A DNA stretch of 64,000 bases from an uncultured Gemmatimonadales bacterium (GCA_963728915.1 CAVSLV010000003.1:1-64000); one strand, 5' to 3'. Counted from the stretch's first letter, positions 1 through 9,143 are shown. Made by a program: numbers and translations. The notes: generated by a model not told the origin, from the sequence alone.

Positions 1-164
1 TTATGCCGACCTACTTCATGAATCTCGTCCGCCATCCCCGGAACAAGACTTGGTAGTACTCGATCGCCGGCGCCAAGCGTGTAAGGTATTGACATGTAGT
101 GGTTTACATATCTACAATGTCTTCCTACTGTCTAGTTGTATCAATAATAGATCATTCTAGGGCC

Positions 165-193
165 TTGCTTTTCATACTCTGTCATATTATAAT
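165..193 (+). promoter_or_regulatory. Putative sigma70 promoter TTGCTT-17-TATAAT of the first cassette; a second candidate is TTGACA(89)-18-TACAAT(113)
   Basis: Near-consensus boxes in an AT-rich patch upstream of ATG 224. Confidence 0.5.
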
Positions 194-223
194 AGTTGTC
201 CGTATCCCAATAGGACGATACTC

Positions 224-802
224 ATGCCCCACACCATTACTCTCACCGACGCATCCTTCGCGATGCTCCAAGCCCTCGCCAAGCCGTTCGTCGATACTCC
301 GGAGTCAGTCATCGCTTCGTGGCGACCGAGGAGATCAGCCGACGCGCCGGAACCTCGAGCGCCAAACCGACTCTCTCGGGGACGAGTGATTCGACCCTGC
401 GTTTGGATCTAGACCGCCACGAGAGCCTCACCCACGCAAAGCTCCTCGGCGCTTCATTCGACGGAAAGGAGCTTCACCGTCCCAAATGGAACTCACTTCT
501 CGACCATGTGCACGTCGTCGCACGCCAGCGCCTGGGTTCATTCGAGGCTCTCAAGCGAATTTCAGGTGCTCATCTTCGCCCTGGCCGGTATGAGGAGGAT
601 GGTTTTCGCTATCTCGCGGACGCGGATCTCTCGATTCAGGGTGTGGATTCCAACTTCGCCTGGGGCTCACTCGCTCGGACTTGCGCGTCATCTCCGCGTT
701 CCGATCCGCGCGCGCTTTGAATGGCGTCACAAGGAAGGCGCGGCACGCCCGGGGCAGGCGGCTGTACTCCAATGGTCTCCTCCGAGTCTCGCCGTCGCGT
801 AG
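224..802 (+). pseudogene. Cassette gene split by two frameshifts (frames 224-412, 319-720, 506-802); conserved-hypothetical, tentatively SepA-like family
   Basis: Three overlapping frames join into one plausible protein of about 190 aa ending just before attC 822. Confidence 0.55.
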
Positions 803-821
803 GGTGGTCACTTGACCGCCG

Positions 822-943
822 GCATAACACGCACTTGTAGCTGACCGGGGCGTCAGCGCGCCGCAGCCGCGCGGAATCTTGTTCGCTGCTCGGATCGCGC
901 GGGTGCGCCGCACGCCCCGCAGCTGAAGTGCAGGGCGTTATAC
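822..943 (+). repeat. attC site 1
   Basis: GCATAAC...GTTATAC with a long internal inverted repeat. Confidence 0.9.
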
Positions 944-989
944 CGCCCCGATGGTTTCCCGACTCCAACCCTGGCTTTCGGCCTTCATA

Positions 990-1013
990 TTATGTACGTT
1001 CTTAAGTACATAA
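990..1013. promoter_or_regulatory. Palindromic operator upstream of TA operon
   Basis: TTATGTAC-N8-GTACATAA just before RBS AGGAG and the antitoxin ATG. Confidence 0.65.
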
Positions 1014-1025
1014 CCAGGAGAGCCC

Positions 1026-1307
1026 ATGCCCCGAGTCCGTCCTACCGAAGATATCCGGCCGCTGGCTGACTTTCGGGCCAACCTCGCGTCCGTGGTTCGC
1101 CAGGTCCGCCGCACCAAGAGACCGGTCATCCTCACCCAACATGGGCGGAGCGCCGCCGTGCTCGTGGATGCGGCCGAGTACGAGGCGCTGGTCGAGCGAG
1201 CGGAACTCCTCGAGGATGTCCGCGTTGCCGAGCAGGAAGTAGCGGCCGGACGAGGCCTGTCGCACACCAAGGCCAAAGCCGCGGTCCTCGCGCGCCTCCG
1301 CCGGTGA
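1026..1307 (+). CDS. Phd/YefM family antitoxin
   Basis: FRANL...RPVILTQHGRSAAVLV motif; overlaps the toxin start. Confidence 0.9.
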   Translation: MPRVRPTEDIRPLADFRANLASVVRQVRRTKRPVILTQHGRSAAVLVDAAEYEALVERAELLEDVRVAEQEVAAGRGLSHTKAKAAVLARLRR

Positions 1308-1606
1308 GGGTCATCTGGGCGCCTCGGGCCGTTCAGCGCGCCATTGAGATTGCTCGATATATCGCCTCGGATCGACCAGGTGCAGCTGCCAAATGGGTCG
1401 ATGAGATCTTCGCCGCTGCCGCCACCCTCAAACGCTTTCCCAAGCGCGGCAGCAAGGCCCCGGAGACCGATCGGGAGGAGATCCGGCAGCTCTTTCACAA
1501 GTCATACCGCCTCATTTACCGAATTGAGACGAAGCAGGTAGTGGTGCTCACCATTCGCCACGTGCGCCAGCTACCGGACCCGTCTGAACTGGAGGCCGAG
1601 GGGTAG
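1304..1606 (+). CDS. RelE/ParE family toxin
   Basis: MRVIWAPRA...FPKRG...YRLIYRI...IRHVRQ. Confidence 0.9.
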   Translation: MRVIWAPRAVQRAIEIARYIASDRPGAAAKWVDEIFAAAATLKRFPKRGSKAPETDREEIRQLFHKSYRLIYRIETKQVVVLTIRHVRQLPDPSELEAEG

Positions 1607-1623
1607 TGGATCTTTGCAGGGCG

Positions 1624-1745
1624 GTATAACCCGCATTTGCAGCTGCCGAGCGCCTGAGCGCTTCGGCCGCCGCGCGATATCTTTTGAGCCTTGGCTGCGC
1701 GGCGGCCTCAGCAGGGGCTCGCTGCTGAAGCGCAGTGCGTTAGGC
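1624..1745 (+). repeat. attC site 2
   Basis: GTATAAC...GTTAGGC; R'' is complementary to cassette start GTTATAC at 937. Confidence 0.9.
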
Positions 1746-2051
1746 GGCCCGAAACCTCGAACGATGCGCGCGGCGGGTGTCTACACTGATGGTCACGTGG
1801 GCTCCGGCCCGGTTGAGCATTTGGACCAGCATGTCCAAGCTGAATCGGGTCAACTTCCCCCGCTTCAGATCACTGATGCGCGGCTGAGTCACTCCCATCA
1901 CCTTGGCGGCCACGGCCTGAGTCCAACGCCGTTTCTTGATCAAGTCCGTTAGAGCAATCATCAAATCGGCCCGGAGCTGGAGGTTCTCAGCTTCTTCCGG
2001 GGTGAATCCAACGTCCCGGAACACGTTCCCGCTTCCCCGAGTGACCTTCAT
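1740..2051 (-). CDS. XRE-HTH antitoxin (HigA-like)
   Basis: SGNVFRDVGF...TQAVAAKVMGVTQPRISDL. Confidence 0.9.
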   Translation of the reverse strand: MKVTRGSGNVFRDVGFTPEEAENLQLRADLMIALTDLIKKRRWTQAVAAKVMGVTQPRISDLKRGKLTRFSLDMLVQMLNRAGAHVTISVDTRRAHRSRFRAA

Positions 2052-2395
2052 CGTTGTTCCCGCCTTTCTCGAGCTCGCAATCGCGTCAATTCCCGGTACC
2101 TCGCCCGGCCGGTCTCAAGGTCCAGTGCGCTGGTTTTACCCCGCTTCTTCTCGAAGACATGCAAGACGTATACAGCTTCCTCAAACCGTGCCACATAGAG
2201 CACGCGGTACGGCGCTGGCCCGTGAACCCGAAGCTCGGCGGTACCAGGACCGACCGACGCCATCGGTTTCCAGTCTGTCGGCTCCTGCCCCAGCTGCAGC
2301 CGATAGAGCTCGTAGCCGCCGTCAATCCTCGCCTCTTCGGGCGCCTTGCGCATGGCCGATCGACTTGAGCCCAGCCACCGCACGGGCTTCAGCAT
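2048..2395 (-). CDS. RelE/HigB-like (Gp49-type) toxin, upstream of its antitoxin
   Basis: KPVRWLGSS...DWKPMASVGPG...VYVLHVFEKK. Confidence 0.88.
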   Translation of the reverse strand: MLKPVRWLGSSRSAMRKAPEEARIDGGYELYRLQLGQEPTDWKPMASVGPGTAELRVHGPAPYRVLYVARFEEAVYVLHVFEKKRGKTSALDLETGRARYRELTRLRARERREQR

Positions 2396-2505
2396 ATCGG
2401 AATATGCCACTACTTGTATACCAGCGCAAGCCGCCTAACCCCCGTTTGCAGCAGCCGGGGGATCCTCCCTCACTTTTGTAGACACTTTCACCTAACTGGG
2501 AGGAG

Positions 2506-2868
2506 GTGTCGATGGCCCGATCCGGTCCGCGGAAGGTCCAGCGTTACAGTCCGGAGTTCAAGCTGACGGCCGTGCGCTTAAGTCAGCAGCCGGGGATTCA
2601 AGTGCGGATGGTCGCCGCGGCGCTCGACATCCATCCGTTCATGCTCTCGAAGTGGCGCAAAGAGGTGCGGCTCGGCCGGATCCGCGGGCGGGCTCGGACG
2701 ATCGCGACCTCGCCCGTGCGGGAGATCCGGAAACTGCAGCAGCTGGAGCAGGCGCATGCGCTGTTGCGGGAGGAGCATGAGCTCCTAAAAAAAGCCATTC
2801 GGTTCTGTTCCGTACGAAGGCCGAGCGCTTCGCGTTCATCGAGACCCAGCGCGGGACGGTCGCGATGA
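2506..2868 (+). CDS. IS3 transposase OrfA (HTH)
   Basis: RYSPEFKLTAV...LSKW...EEHELLKKA; A7G slippery site at 2787-2794. Confidence 0.9.
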   Translation: MSMARSGPRKVQRYSPEFKLTAVRLSQQPGIQVRMVAAALDIHPFMLSKWRKEVRLGRIRGRARTIATSPVREIRKLQQLEQAHALLREEHELLKKAIRFCSVRRPSASRSSRPSAGRSR

Positions 2869-3671
2869 CCCGTCTCTGCGCGCTTTATGGGGTCACTCGG
2901 GCTGGCTACTACGCCTGGCGGCGGCGTCCGGCCAGCGCGCGTACGGTGCAGGACCGTCATCTGACCCAGCGGCTTCGGAAGCTGTTTGCTGCCCATGGGG
3001 AGCGGTACGGGAGTCCGCGGTTGCATCGGGAGCTCCGCCGACAGGGCTGGCGCATCAGCCGACGGCGAGTGGAGCGCCTCATGCGCCAGGCTGGCTTACG
3101 GGCGCGGGTGGTGCAGATCTATCGGGCGAATCCGGGCCTGCACCGATTCTACGAGCAGCATCCGAATCGCCTGCCGGCGGGCGGCGCCCGGCGACGCAAC
3201 CAGGTCTGGCTCGGCGATATCACGTATCTCCCTCTCGGGCGCGGCTGGCGATTCCTGGCCGTGGTGCTCGATCAATACTCCCGCCGCGTGCTGGCGTGGC
3301 GGTTGAGCCCGCGACGCGACGCCACCCTGACCCGCGCGGTGCTCAATGCCGCTGCCCGACGACGGCAGCCCCGACGCGGGCTCATCTTTCACAGTGATCG
3401 GGGCAGTGAGTATGCGGCGTCGGCCTTCCGTGACCGCCTGAGGGCGCTGGGCATCCACCAGAGCTCAGCCCAACGCGGCCCCGAGGACAACGCGCACATG
3501 GAGTCGTTCTTTCACTCGCTGAAGGCGGAGGTCGTGCACGGCACCACGAGCGCGACTGAGGCCGCGCTTCGCCAGTTAGTGGTGCGGTATATTCACTACT
3601 ACAATCATCGGCGAATGCACTCCGCCTTGCGCTACCGTTCGCCGGTGGAGTTTGAACATCGTGCAGCATAG
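2865..3671 (+). CDS. IS3 transposase OrfB (DDE integrase core)
   Basis: YGSPR, W.GDITY, HSDRGSEY, DNAHMESFF motifs. Confidence 0.93.
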   Translation: MTRLCALYGVTRAGYYAWRRRPASARTVQDRHLTQRLRKLFAAHGERYGSPRLHRELRRQGWRISRRRVERLMRQAGLRARVVQIYRANPGLHRFYEQHPNRLPAGGARRRNQVWLGDITYLPLGRGWRFLAVVLDQYSRRVLAWRLSPRRDATLTRAVLNAAARRRQPRRGLIFHSDRGSEYAASAFRDRLRALGIHQSSAQRGPEDNAHMESFFHSLKAEVVHGTTSATEAALRQLVVRYIHYYNHRRMHSALRYRSPVEFEHRAA

Positions 3672-4378
3672 AGCGTGTCAACAAAATCGAGGGAAGATCC
3701 CCGGGCCCTGACGCTTCGCCGGCGCGAGATACATTTGTGACCAGGATTCGCACCGGCCTCAGCAGGGCCCGGCAGCTGAAACGCAGCTCGTTATGTGGCC
3801 ACGCCAAGAAATGAAAAGATGGGGGTTGCCCCTCCATGATCCCCTTCCCTCCAACAGCAATTCCCACCCAGTGCGGTGGCCGGCGGCCCGCCGCGGATTT
3901 GGTCGCCACGGAGTCAAAGCCATTGAGCTCGGCTTCCAACTAGGGCGCCACGGCCAAGGCTCTGTGGGTGTGCTGAGCGGAGAGCGGTCGTCCTCGAGCA
4001 GCGGACATCCCAGAAAGGGTTTCCCAGGATCCGGCTTTCCGTCAGGCCGTGGCGCGGTAGCCCGGATCGACCTCAGGCCGGCTTCCCAGGTTCCGCAAAG
4101 TCCGTCGCCGAGACTGGCTCCGAAGGTGGCGGGACCGCCCTCAGTCACGAGCGCGTCCTCCGTGAACAGGTGGGCGCGGCCCCTCGAGTTTCCAGCTGGT
4201 CCGTCCTCTATGGAAAACTAGGACTTCTTATAGGCGGACCCGCGGGACGCCGCCGGATCGATGGCTTATGGGGCGGCGCCCCGCGGCTGGCGTCCGGAAC
4301 GTTTTCGAGGCAAGTTCCCCAGGGCTAGCGGGCTTGGGCTCGGCATCGTGCCCTGGGCCGCTGGTGCTCCCGGCTGCC

Positions 4379-4501
4379 CCATAACCCGCACTTGTAGCAG
4401 CCCGGGGCGTCAGCGCGTCGCAGCCGCGCGGAGTCTTGGTCGCTGCTCGGATCGCGCGGCTGCGCCGCACGCCCCGGCAGCTAAAGTGCAGAGCGTTATG
4501 C
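4379..4501 (+). repeat. attC site 4
   Basis: CCATAAC...GTTATGC; closely similar to attC 1. Confidence 0.9.
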
Positions 4502-4574
4502 CCCCAACCATCAGTTTCCATTCTCGCCGAGTCCCGCACTATATTCTGACAGTTGACAACAGGTTTGAGGGGTA

Positions 4575-4799
4575 ATGCTGGACCCCAAGAGCGTAATCCA
4601 TTCAGATCCCCAGATCCTAAGCGGAACCCCAGTGTTCGTCGGAACCAGGGTTCCAGCTCAAGGCCTCTTCGACTATCTCGAGGGGGGCGAAACGCTGGAC
4701 GAATTTCTGCGGCAATTCCCTTCCGTTAAGCGAGAACAGGCCTTGGCCGCCATTGAGCTAGCCCGAGATTCGGTTCTGGCCAGTGCGCGTCCTGCTTGA
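4575..4799 (+). CDS. DUF433-type antitoxin
   Basis: DPQILSGTPVFVGTRVP...GETLDEFL..FP. Confidence 0.9.
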   Translation: MLDPKSVIHSDPQILSGTPVFVGTRVPAQGLFDYLEGGETLDEFLRQFPSVKREQALAAIELARDSVLASARPA

Positions 4800-5103
4800 C
4801 GAGAACCTGCCTCATGAGTTGGCCTCGCTTCTCACCGGGCACGAGGCCTCAACCGTCGCCGATCTAGGCTGGACTGGTATCACCAATGGCCAACTACTGA
4901 CCCGAGCTGATGCTCAGTTCGACATTTTGCTCACCATGGATCGGCGCCTGTCCGCACAGCAGGACGTGAGCCGCTTTCGTCTTGGCGTGGTGCTGGTGCG
5001 CGCACCGTCGAATCGCATGGTCCACCTTCGCCCCTTGGTCGCTGTCATCCTGCAAGGCATCTCGGATGCCCGGCCTGGCACTGTTACCGCGGTTGGGGCA
5101 TAA
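4783..5103 (+). CDS. DUF5615/PIN-like toxin
   Basis: MRVLLDENLP...LLTMD; stop codon lies inside attC R''. Confidence 0.88.
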   Translation: MRVLLDENLPHELASLLTGHEASTVADLGWTGITNGQLLTRADAQFDILLTMDRRLSAQQDVSRFRLGVVLVRAPSNRMVHLRPLVAVILQGISDARPGTVTAVGA

Positions 5104-5214
5104 CCCGCGCTTGCAGCAGACCGGGGCGTCAGCGCGTCGCAGCCGCGCGGAGTCTTGTTTGCTGCCTGGATCGCGCGGCTGCCGCACGCCCTCGCAGCTC
5201 AAGCGCAGGGCGTT
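5098..5214 (+). repeat. attC site 5, R' box interrupted by IS110-A (completed at 6761-6767)
   Basis: GCATAAC...GCGTT then IS; GCGTTAGGC resumes at 6759. Confidence 0.88.
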
Positions 5215-5416
5215 CTATGAGAGCGATTGTCAAGGACACACGCTCTCGCTCCTGATCGCGACGGCGCTTTTTCCGTGGCAATCCGCCCCGCTCGTTGCTT
5301 CGGTCTCGAGCGCTGGCGTGCCTGGCCCCGCGGGGCAGTCCGCTTCCGCATCGGTTCCTCCTCCGAGCTTCTCCCAATCCCTGATGGAACGCTCTCAGCG
5401 CGGGGATCCCAGGACC

Positions 5417-5552
5417 GCAGACCATGGTTCTAGCGGAGACTCGGCCCACCGGCCGGCCTGACGCTTCTTCGGGTCTTGCGAGGGGGCCTACAGTTAGGCG
5501 AGTGCCTCGGCTGACTGCGACCGGGCCGACGCTCTGCTTGAGACTGCCCCCC
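5417..5552 (-). ncRNA. Candidate bridge/seek RNA of IS110-A (target- and donor-binding loops)
   Basis: Two stem-loops with internal loops carrying GCAGAGCGT and CGCCTAAC (attC R' flanks) and TAGAAC (donor end); transcript ends unknown. Confidence 0.75.
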
Positions 5553-5616
5553 GCACCCCGGTCCGGGCATCGGGAGTCACGGGCGAAGGTCCCGGCCTAC
5601 GCCACCGACTCCCGGA

Positions 5617-6681
5617 CTAGTGCGCTTGGCGCGTCAGTTGAGCTGGATCGTAGCGCTCCCCTTTCTTCCACAGCCGCAGCGTGAGGGCGGCGAGCTTGCG
5701 GGTCAGGGTGACCCGGGCCAACTCGTCGCGCATGCCGCGCTTGACCATCCCCTGATAGAAGTCCTGCAGCGGGCCGGGACGCGCCGTCGCGGCGGTTGCC
5801 GCTCCCTTGAACACGTCTTTCACCACGCGATTGTGATTCCGATTGAGCCCGCGGGTCAACGCCGCCCGCCGGCGCCGGACCACTTGGCCGTGCCGCAGCT
5901 CGTGCTCGGCGCTCGAGCGGGTCACCACCGCTACCCCGGCATACGCCCAGAGGTGGCGCTTGGTCCGAAACCGCCACGGCGTCTGCAGCGTGGCGAGCAG
6001 CAGCGCCACCCGGACCGGTCCCAAATAGGGAATGGTGCGGAGCATCGACCACGCCGAATCCCGCCGTGCCTCGGCGAGCAGGGCCGCTTTGGCCCGGGGG
6101 CGCAGGGCCAGGAGGACATCGAGTTCGGTATATAAGGTCTCGGCCCGGAAGCGCACGCCCGGATCGGGCAGCTGCGCGAGCCAGCCCGAGCGGTAGACCG
6201 GCTGGTAGACCCGTGTCCCGGGAGTCGGGATGGCCCGGGCCCGAAAGAGCGCCTTGAGCCGGAGCATGACCCGGGTGGTGTCCTCGACCAGGTTGCGGTA
6301 GGTGCGGCTGAGCTCCTGGAGGGTGACCCGGTGCGGACTCCCGTGATAGACGGCGCGGAGCTCGCCCCGCCACAGCTGGGCCGACAACTGATCGGCATCG
6401 ACCCGATCGCCTTTGTTCCCCCGGCGTTTCTCCCCATGGCGGTCGCAGACCACGACCCGCTGCACGAGGGGCACCAGCAGATCGTGGAGCCACGGGGCCT
6501 GGGTCCCTTCTTCGAAGGCCACATGGACCGTGCCCCGCATGCTGCGGAAGAACTCGGTGAGCACCCGGCCCTCGGTTGGAAGGACCGTCCGGGCGATCAC
6601 CTGGCCAGTCTCGGTGCGAACCGAGGCCTGGGTAGTTGCCTGATGCACATCGAGCGCCGCATACTTCGTAGCGTAGGTCAT
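5617..6681 (-). CDS. IS110-family transposase/recombinase A
   Basis: LDVH, FEEGT, KGDRVDA (DEDD); TIPYLG; TRSS serine motif. Confidence 0.92.
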   Translation of the reverse strand: MTYATKYAALDVHQATTQASVRTETGQVIARTVLPTEGRVLTEFFRSMRGTVHVAFEEGTQAPWLHDLLVPLVQRVVVCDRHGEKRRGNKGDRVDADQLSAQLWRGELRAVYHGSPHRVTLQELSRTYRNLVEDTTRVMLRLKALFRARAIPTPGTRVYQPVYRSGWLAQLPDPGVRFRAETLYTELDVLLALRPRAKAALLAEARRDSAWSMLRTIPYLGPVRVALLLATLQTPWRFRTKRHLWAYAGVAVVTRSSAEHELRHGQVVRRRRAALTRGLNRNHNRVVKDVFKGAATAATARPGPLQDFYQGMVKRGMRDELARVTLTRKLAALTLRLWKKGERYDPAQLTRQAH

Positions 6682-6851
6682 GAGAGCCGCTCCTGGGGAC
6701 TGAGGTCCATGAGTCAGGGGTGACTGCATGGTAGCCCCAAGGGGCGTGCTCTCAACATGCGTTAGGCGGCCTTGGCAAACTCTCATTCGCACACTCTTTG
6801 TCAAGCGCGCGACCCACAACTCATTGGGATCAGTCGACAGGAGAACCGCGT

Positions 6852-7346
6852 GTGAAGACGAGCGTATCATTTCTAGGCTTCCTCTGGTGCCTTGCCCTGA
6901 TGAGATGCAACTCTGCGGCTCGACCACAAACACCAGATACTCCCGACGCGAGCCGTCAGGCCGTAGAACGAGAAGTCAAGGCAACGATTCACGCCTTCAT
7001 GGCCGGGTTCAGTTCGGCGAAGTGCAACGATGTGTCGACAGTATCGCGGTTTGTGCGCGACAGCATGCTTTACGTCACGGAACAGGATGTCTTCACCGTG
7101 TCGCTGGCTGACTATGAGCAGGGCCTTCGAGAGAGAGTCTGCGGTTGGGTCAGCCATACCGGTGCCGTCGATTCGGTCACGGTTGATGCCCTCAGCCAGG
7201 ACGTGGCGGTGGCGGGTTGGCGATATCATGACGAAGTGAAGCTCACTTCCGGCGAGGTGCGGCGCTATAGCGGTTCCACCCTGATGACGTTGATCCGCTC
7301 GCCGCGTGGCTGGCAAATCAGTTCCACCATGAGCACTGGACGGTGA
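6852..7346 (+). CDS. Secreted NTF2/SnoaL-like (DUF4440-type) protein
   Basis: RBS AGGAG plus GTG; signal-like N-terminus; C-terminal GWQI motif. Confidence 0.65.
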   Translation: MKTSVSFLGFLWCLALMRCNSAARPQTPDTPDASRQAVEREVKATIHAFMAGFSSAKCNDVSTVSRFVRDSMLYVTEQDVFTVSLADYEQGLRERVCGWVSHTGAVDSVTVDALSQDVAVAGWRYHDEVKLTSGEVRRYSGSTLMTLIRSPRGWQISSTMSTGR

Positions 7347-7358
7347 GCCACCCTCGCC

Positions 7359-7422
7359 GCCTAACCCGCGTTCGGAGCCGACGAGGGCGTCAGCGCGGCA
7401 GCTCAAGTGCCGGGCGTTAGGC
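7359..7422 (+). repeat. attC site 6 (short, 64 bp)
   Basis: GCCTAAC...GTTAGGC. Confidence 0.85.
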
Positions 7423-7689
7423 AGCACCACTTACTATTTCCCCACGTTCCTAGCTCGTCGTCACAGGAATTCCCATTGCCAGGCTGGAGCGCGCGCCGTA
7501 TGGGGGCGACCGCTCGGTGCGAGCGCGTTGGGGCCGCGGTGGGTGCCAGCGTGCTCTCGCTGGGCGGCGGGCGCCGTCCTTGCCTTCGCAGGTCCCAGGC
7601 GTACCTTGCGAGAGGCGGCGGGGAGTGCCGTGGCGGCCAGCGCGGAGTTGCCGCGTGCCCCGTTGAGCCCCTCTCGAGGAGGAGTAATC

Positions 7690-7965
7690 ATGAAGACCAT
7701 GGTGGTGTGGCGGACCGTCCCCGGAAAGTACAAGGCTGCAATTGAGCAGTTCCTCAAGACCGGAGGCCCCCTCCCGGCCGGCGTCAAGCGACTGGGTCGT
7801 TGGCACATCCCGGGATCCATCCTCGGGTGGCATCTGATGGACGGCGATCCCGCGGTCATCGCGGAACACGTCGCCGAATGGGCCGATTTTCTCGAGCTCG
7901 AGGTGCATCCGGTGATCGAGGATGACGCGGCGGGCGCGGCCGCAAAGAAAGTATACGGAAAATAG
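7690..7965 (+). CDS. DUF3303-like protein
   Basis: Strong RBS; GVKRLGRWH...W...EVHPVIED. Confidence 0.8.
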   Translation: MKTMVVWRTVPGKYKAAIEQFLKTGGPLPAGVKRLGRWHIPGSILGWHLMDGDPAVIAEHVAEWADFLELEVHPVIEDDAAGAAAKKVYGK

Positions 7966-8308
7966 TCCTCAAGGTGGGTCAGACGGCGGCCGGCACCATG
8001 GTGCCGGCTCCCCGTCCCCCATGCCCCACTCTGTGGATTCCCACGAGGGCCACGTCTCCTCCTGGTTTACAGGCCCACCGAGATCTCCCCAGCGGCGCAG
8101 AGCTTGCTGAGCGCGTCGAGCAGGTCCTCGTCAATACCTTGCCCCCCGTCGAGCGTGCTCCTGCCTGGCCACGCGATTGTGCGGGACCACCGCAGGGCGT
8201 CTTCCGGCGACTCCAGCGCTCCACACTCCTGCACGCTGGGCCCCCTTCAATCCCCATGCCGCTTTTCTCGAGGCCCGCCTTGGGTATTCCTGTTGCGCTA
8301 GCCGTTCT

Positions 8309-8381
8309 GCCTAGCCCGCGCGTGGAGGGGACGAGGGCGTGGGCGCGGCAGCCCTCGCAGCTCAAGCGCAGGACGTTAGGT
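8309..8381 (+). repeat. attC site 7 (short, variant R'')
   Basis: GCCTAGC...GTTAGGT with CAGCTCAAGCGC right arm. Confidence 0.75.
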
Positions 8382-8492
8382 GGCGCAAGGCACTCGGAAC
8401 GAATGTCAAGACATTTCCCCTCCCCAACCCTGCCCGAAAGGCCGCCATCGGCGGGAGGTCCGTTCTCCAAGAGGGAACTCTATCTTTTGTCA

Positions 8493-9041
8493 ATGAGCAT
8501 GGACGTGACCATTCGGATCGGTGTTCCCGGCGATGCGGCCGCTGTAGCCGAACTCGCAGCGCGTACGTTCCAGGACACTTTTGGCGCCGACAACCGCCCC
8601 GACGATATGGCCGCCCACTTGGCCGAAGCGTATGGGCCGGCCCGGCAGGGCCAGGAACTTGGAGACCCCAACGTTATCACGCTGCTACTGGAAGCGGACG
8701 GCCAGTTGGCCGGCTACGCCCAACTCCGCCGCGGTGCGGTCCCGACAAGCGTCGCGGGCAAGGCTCCCATCGAGCTGTGGCGTTTCTACATCGCGCACCA
8801 GTGGCACGGGAAAGGTCTGGCTCAGAGGCTCATGGCCCGCGTGGATGAGGCGGCTGCAGGGCGAGGGGCGCTGACGCTCTGGCTTGGGGTCTGGGAACGC
8901 AACGAACGCGCGAAGGCGTTCTACCGCAAGGATGGGTTCTCAGACGTGGGCTGCCACGTGTTCATGGTCGGCGCTGACCCGCAAACGGATCGCATCCTGG
9001 TCCGGCCCGTTCGCCCAGCGCCGCCTAACCCGCGCTTGTAG
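8493..9041 (+). CDS. GNAT N-acetyltransferase (PaiA-like)
   Basis: HGKGLAQRLM; LWLGVWERNERAKAFY. Confidence 0.9.
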   Translation: MSMDVTIRIGVPGDAAAVAELAARTFQDTFGADNRPDDMAAHLAEAYGPARQGQELGDPNVITLLLEADGQLAGYAQLRRGAVPTSVAGKAPIELWRFYIAHQWHGKGLAQRLMARVDEAAAGRGALTLWLGVWERNERAKAFYRKDGFSDVGCHVFMVGADPQTDRILVRPVRPAPPNPRL

Positions 9042-9143
9042 CTTACCGGGGGCGTTAGCGCGTCGCAGCCGCGCGAGGTATTGTTCGCTGCCCGGCTCGC
9101 GCGGCTGCGCCGCACGCCCCCGGCAGCTAAAGTGCAGAGCGTT
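9023..9143 (+). repeat. attC site 8, R' box interrupted (AGAC resumes at 10090)
   Basis: GCCTAAC...GCAGAGCGTT then IS110-A end. Confidence 0.85.

Larger units (their letters stand above)
2459..3700 (+). mobile_element. IS3-family insertion sequence
   Basis: Imperfect terminal IRs GGATCCTCCCTCACTTTTGTAGACAC / GTGTCAACAAAATCGAGGGAAGATCC; orfA plus orfB; exact ends ambiguous by 1-2 nt in G/C runs. Confidence 0.92.
2433..3796 (+). repeat. attC site 3, split by IS3 (left arm 2433-2458, right part 3701-3796)
   Basis: GCCTAAC at 2433 and GTTATGT at 3790; the arms re-pair when the IS is removed. Confidence 0.85.
5215..6760 (-). mobile_element. IS110-family element A (IS1111-type: downstream non-coding end, sub-terminal IRs)
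   Basis: GCGTT at both junctions; TGAGAGC (5218) and GCTCTCA (6748) sub-terminal IRs; single DEDD transposase. Confidence 0.9.

Noticed and set aside
99..389. 96-aa ORF in the AT-rich leader
   Set aside because: It overlaps promoter-like boxes and the frameshifted cassette gene, with no family signal.
5386..5400. Extra AGAGCGTTC match to the target/junction in the IS110-A end
   Set aside because: It is not paired with a second guide in an obvious loop, so it could be chance; left unassigned.
6682..6933. N-terminal extension of the 438-aa IS110 ORF
   Set aside because: It runs past the element end into the next cassette; the DEDD domain begins just after ATG 6681.
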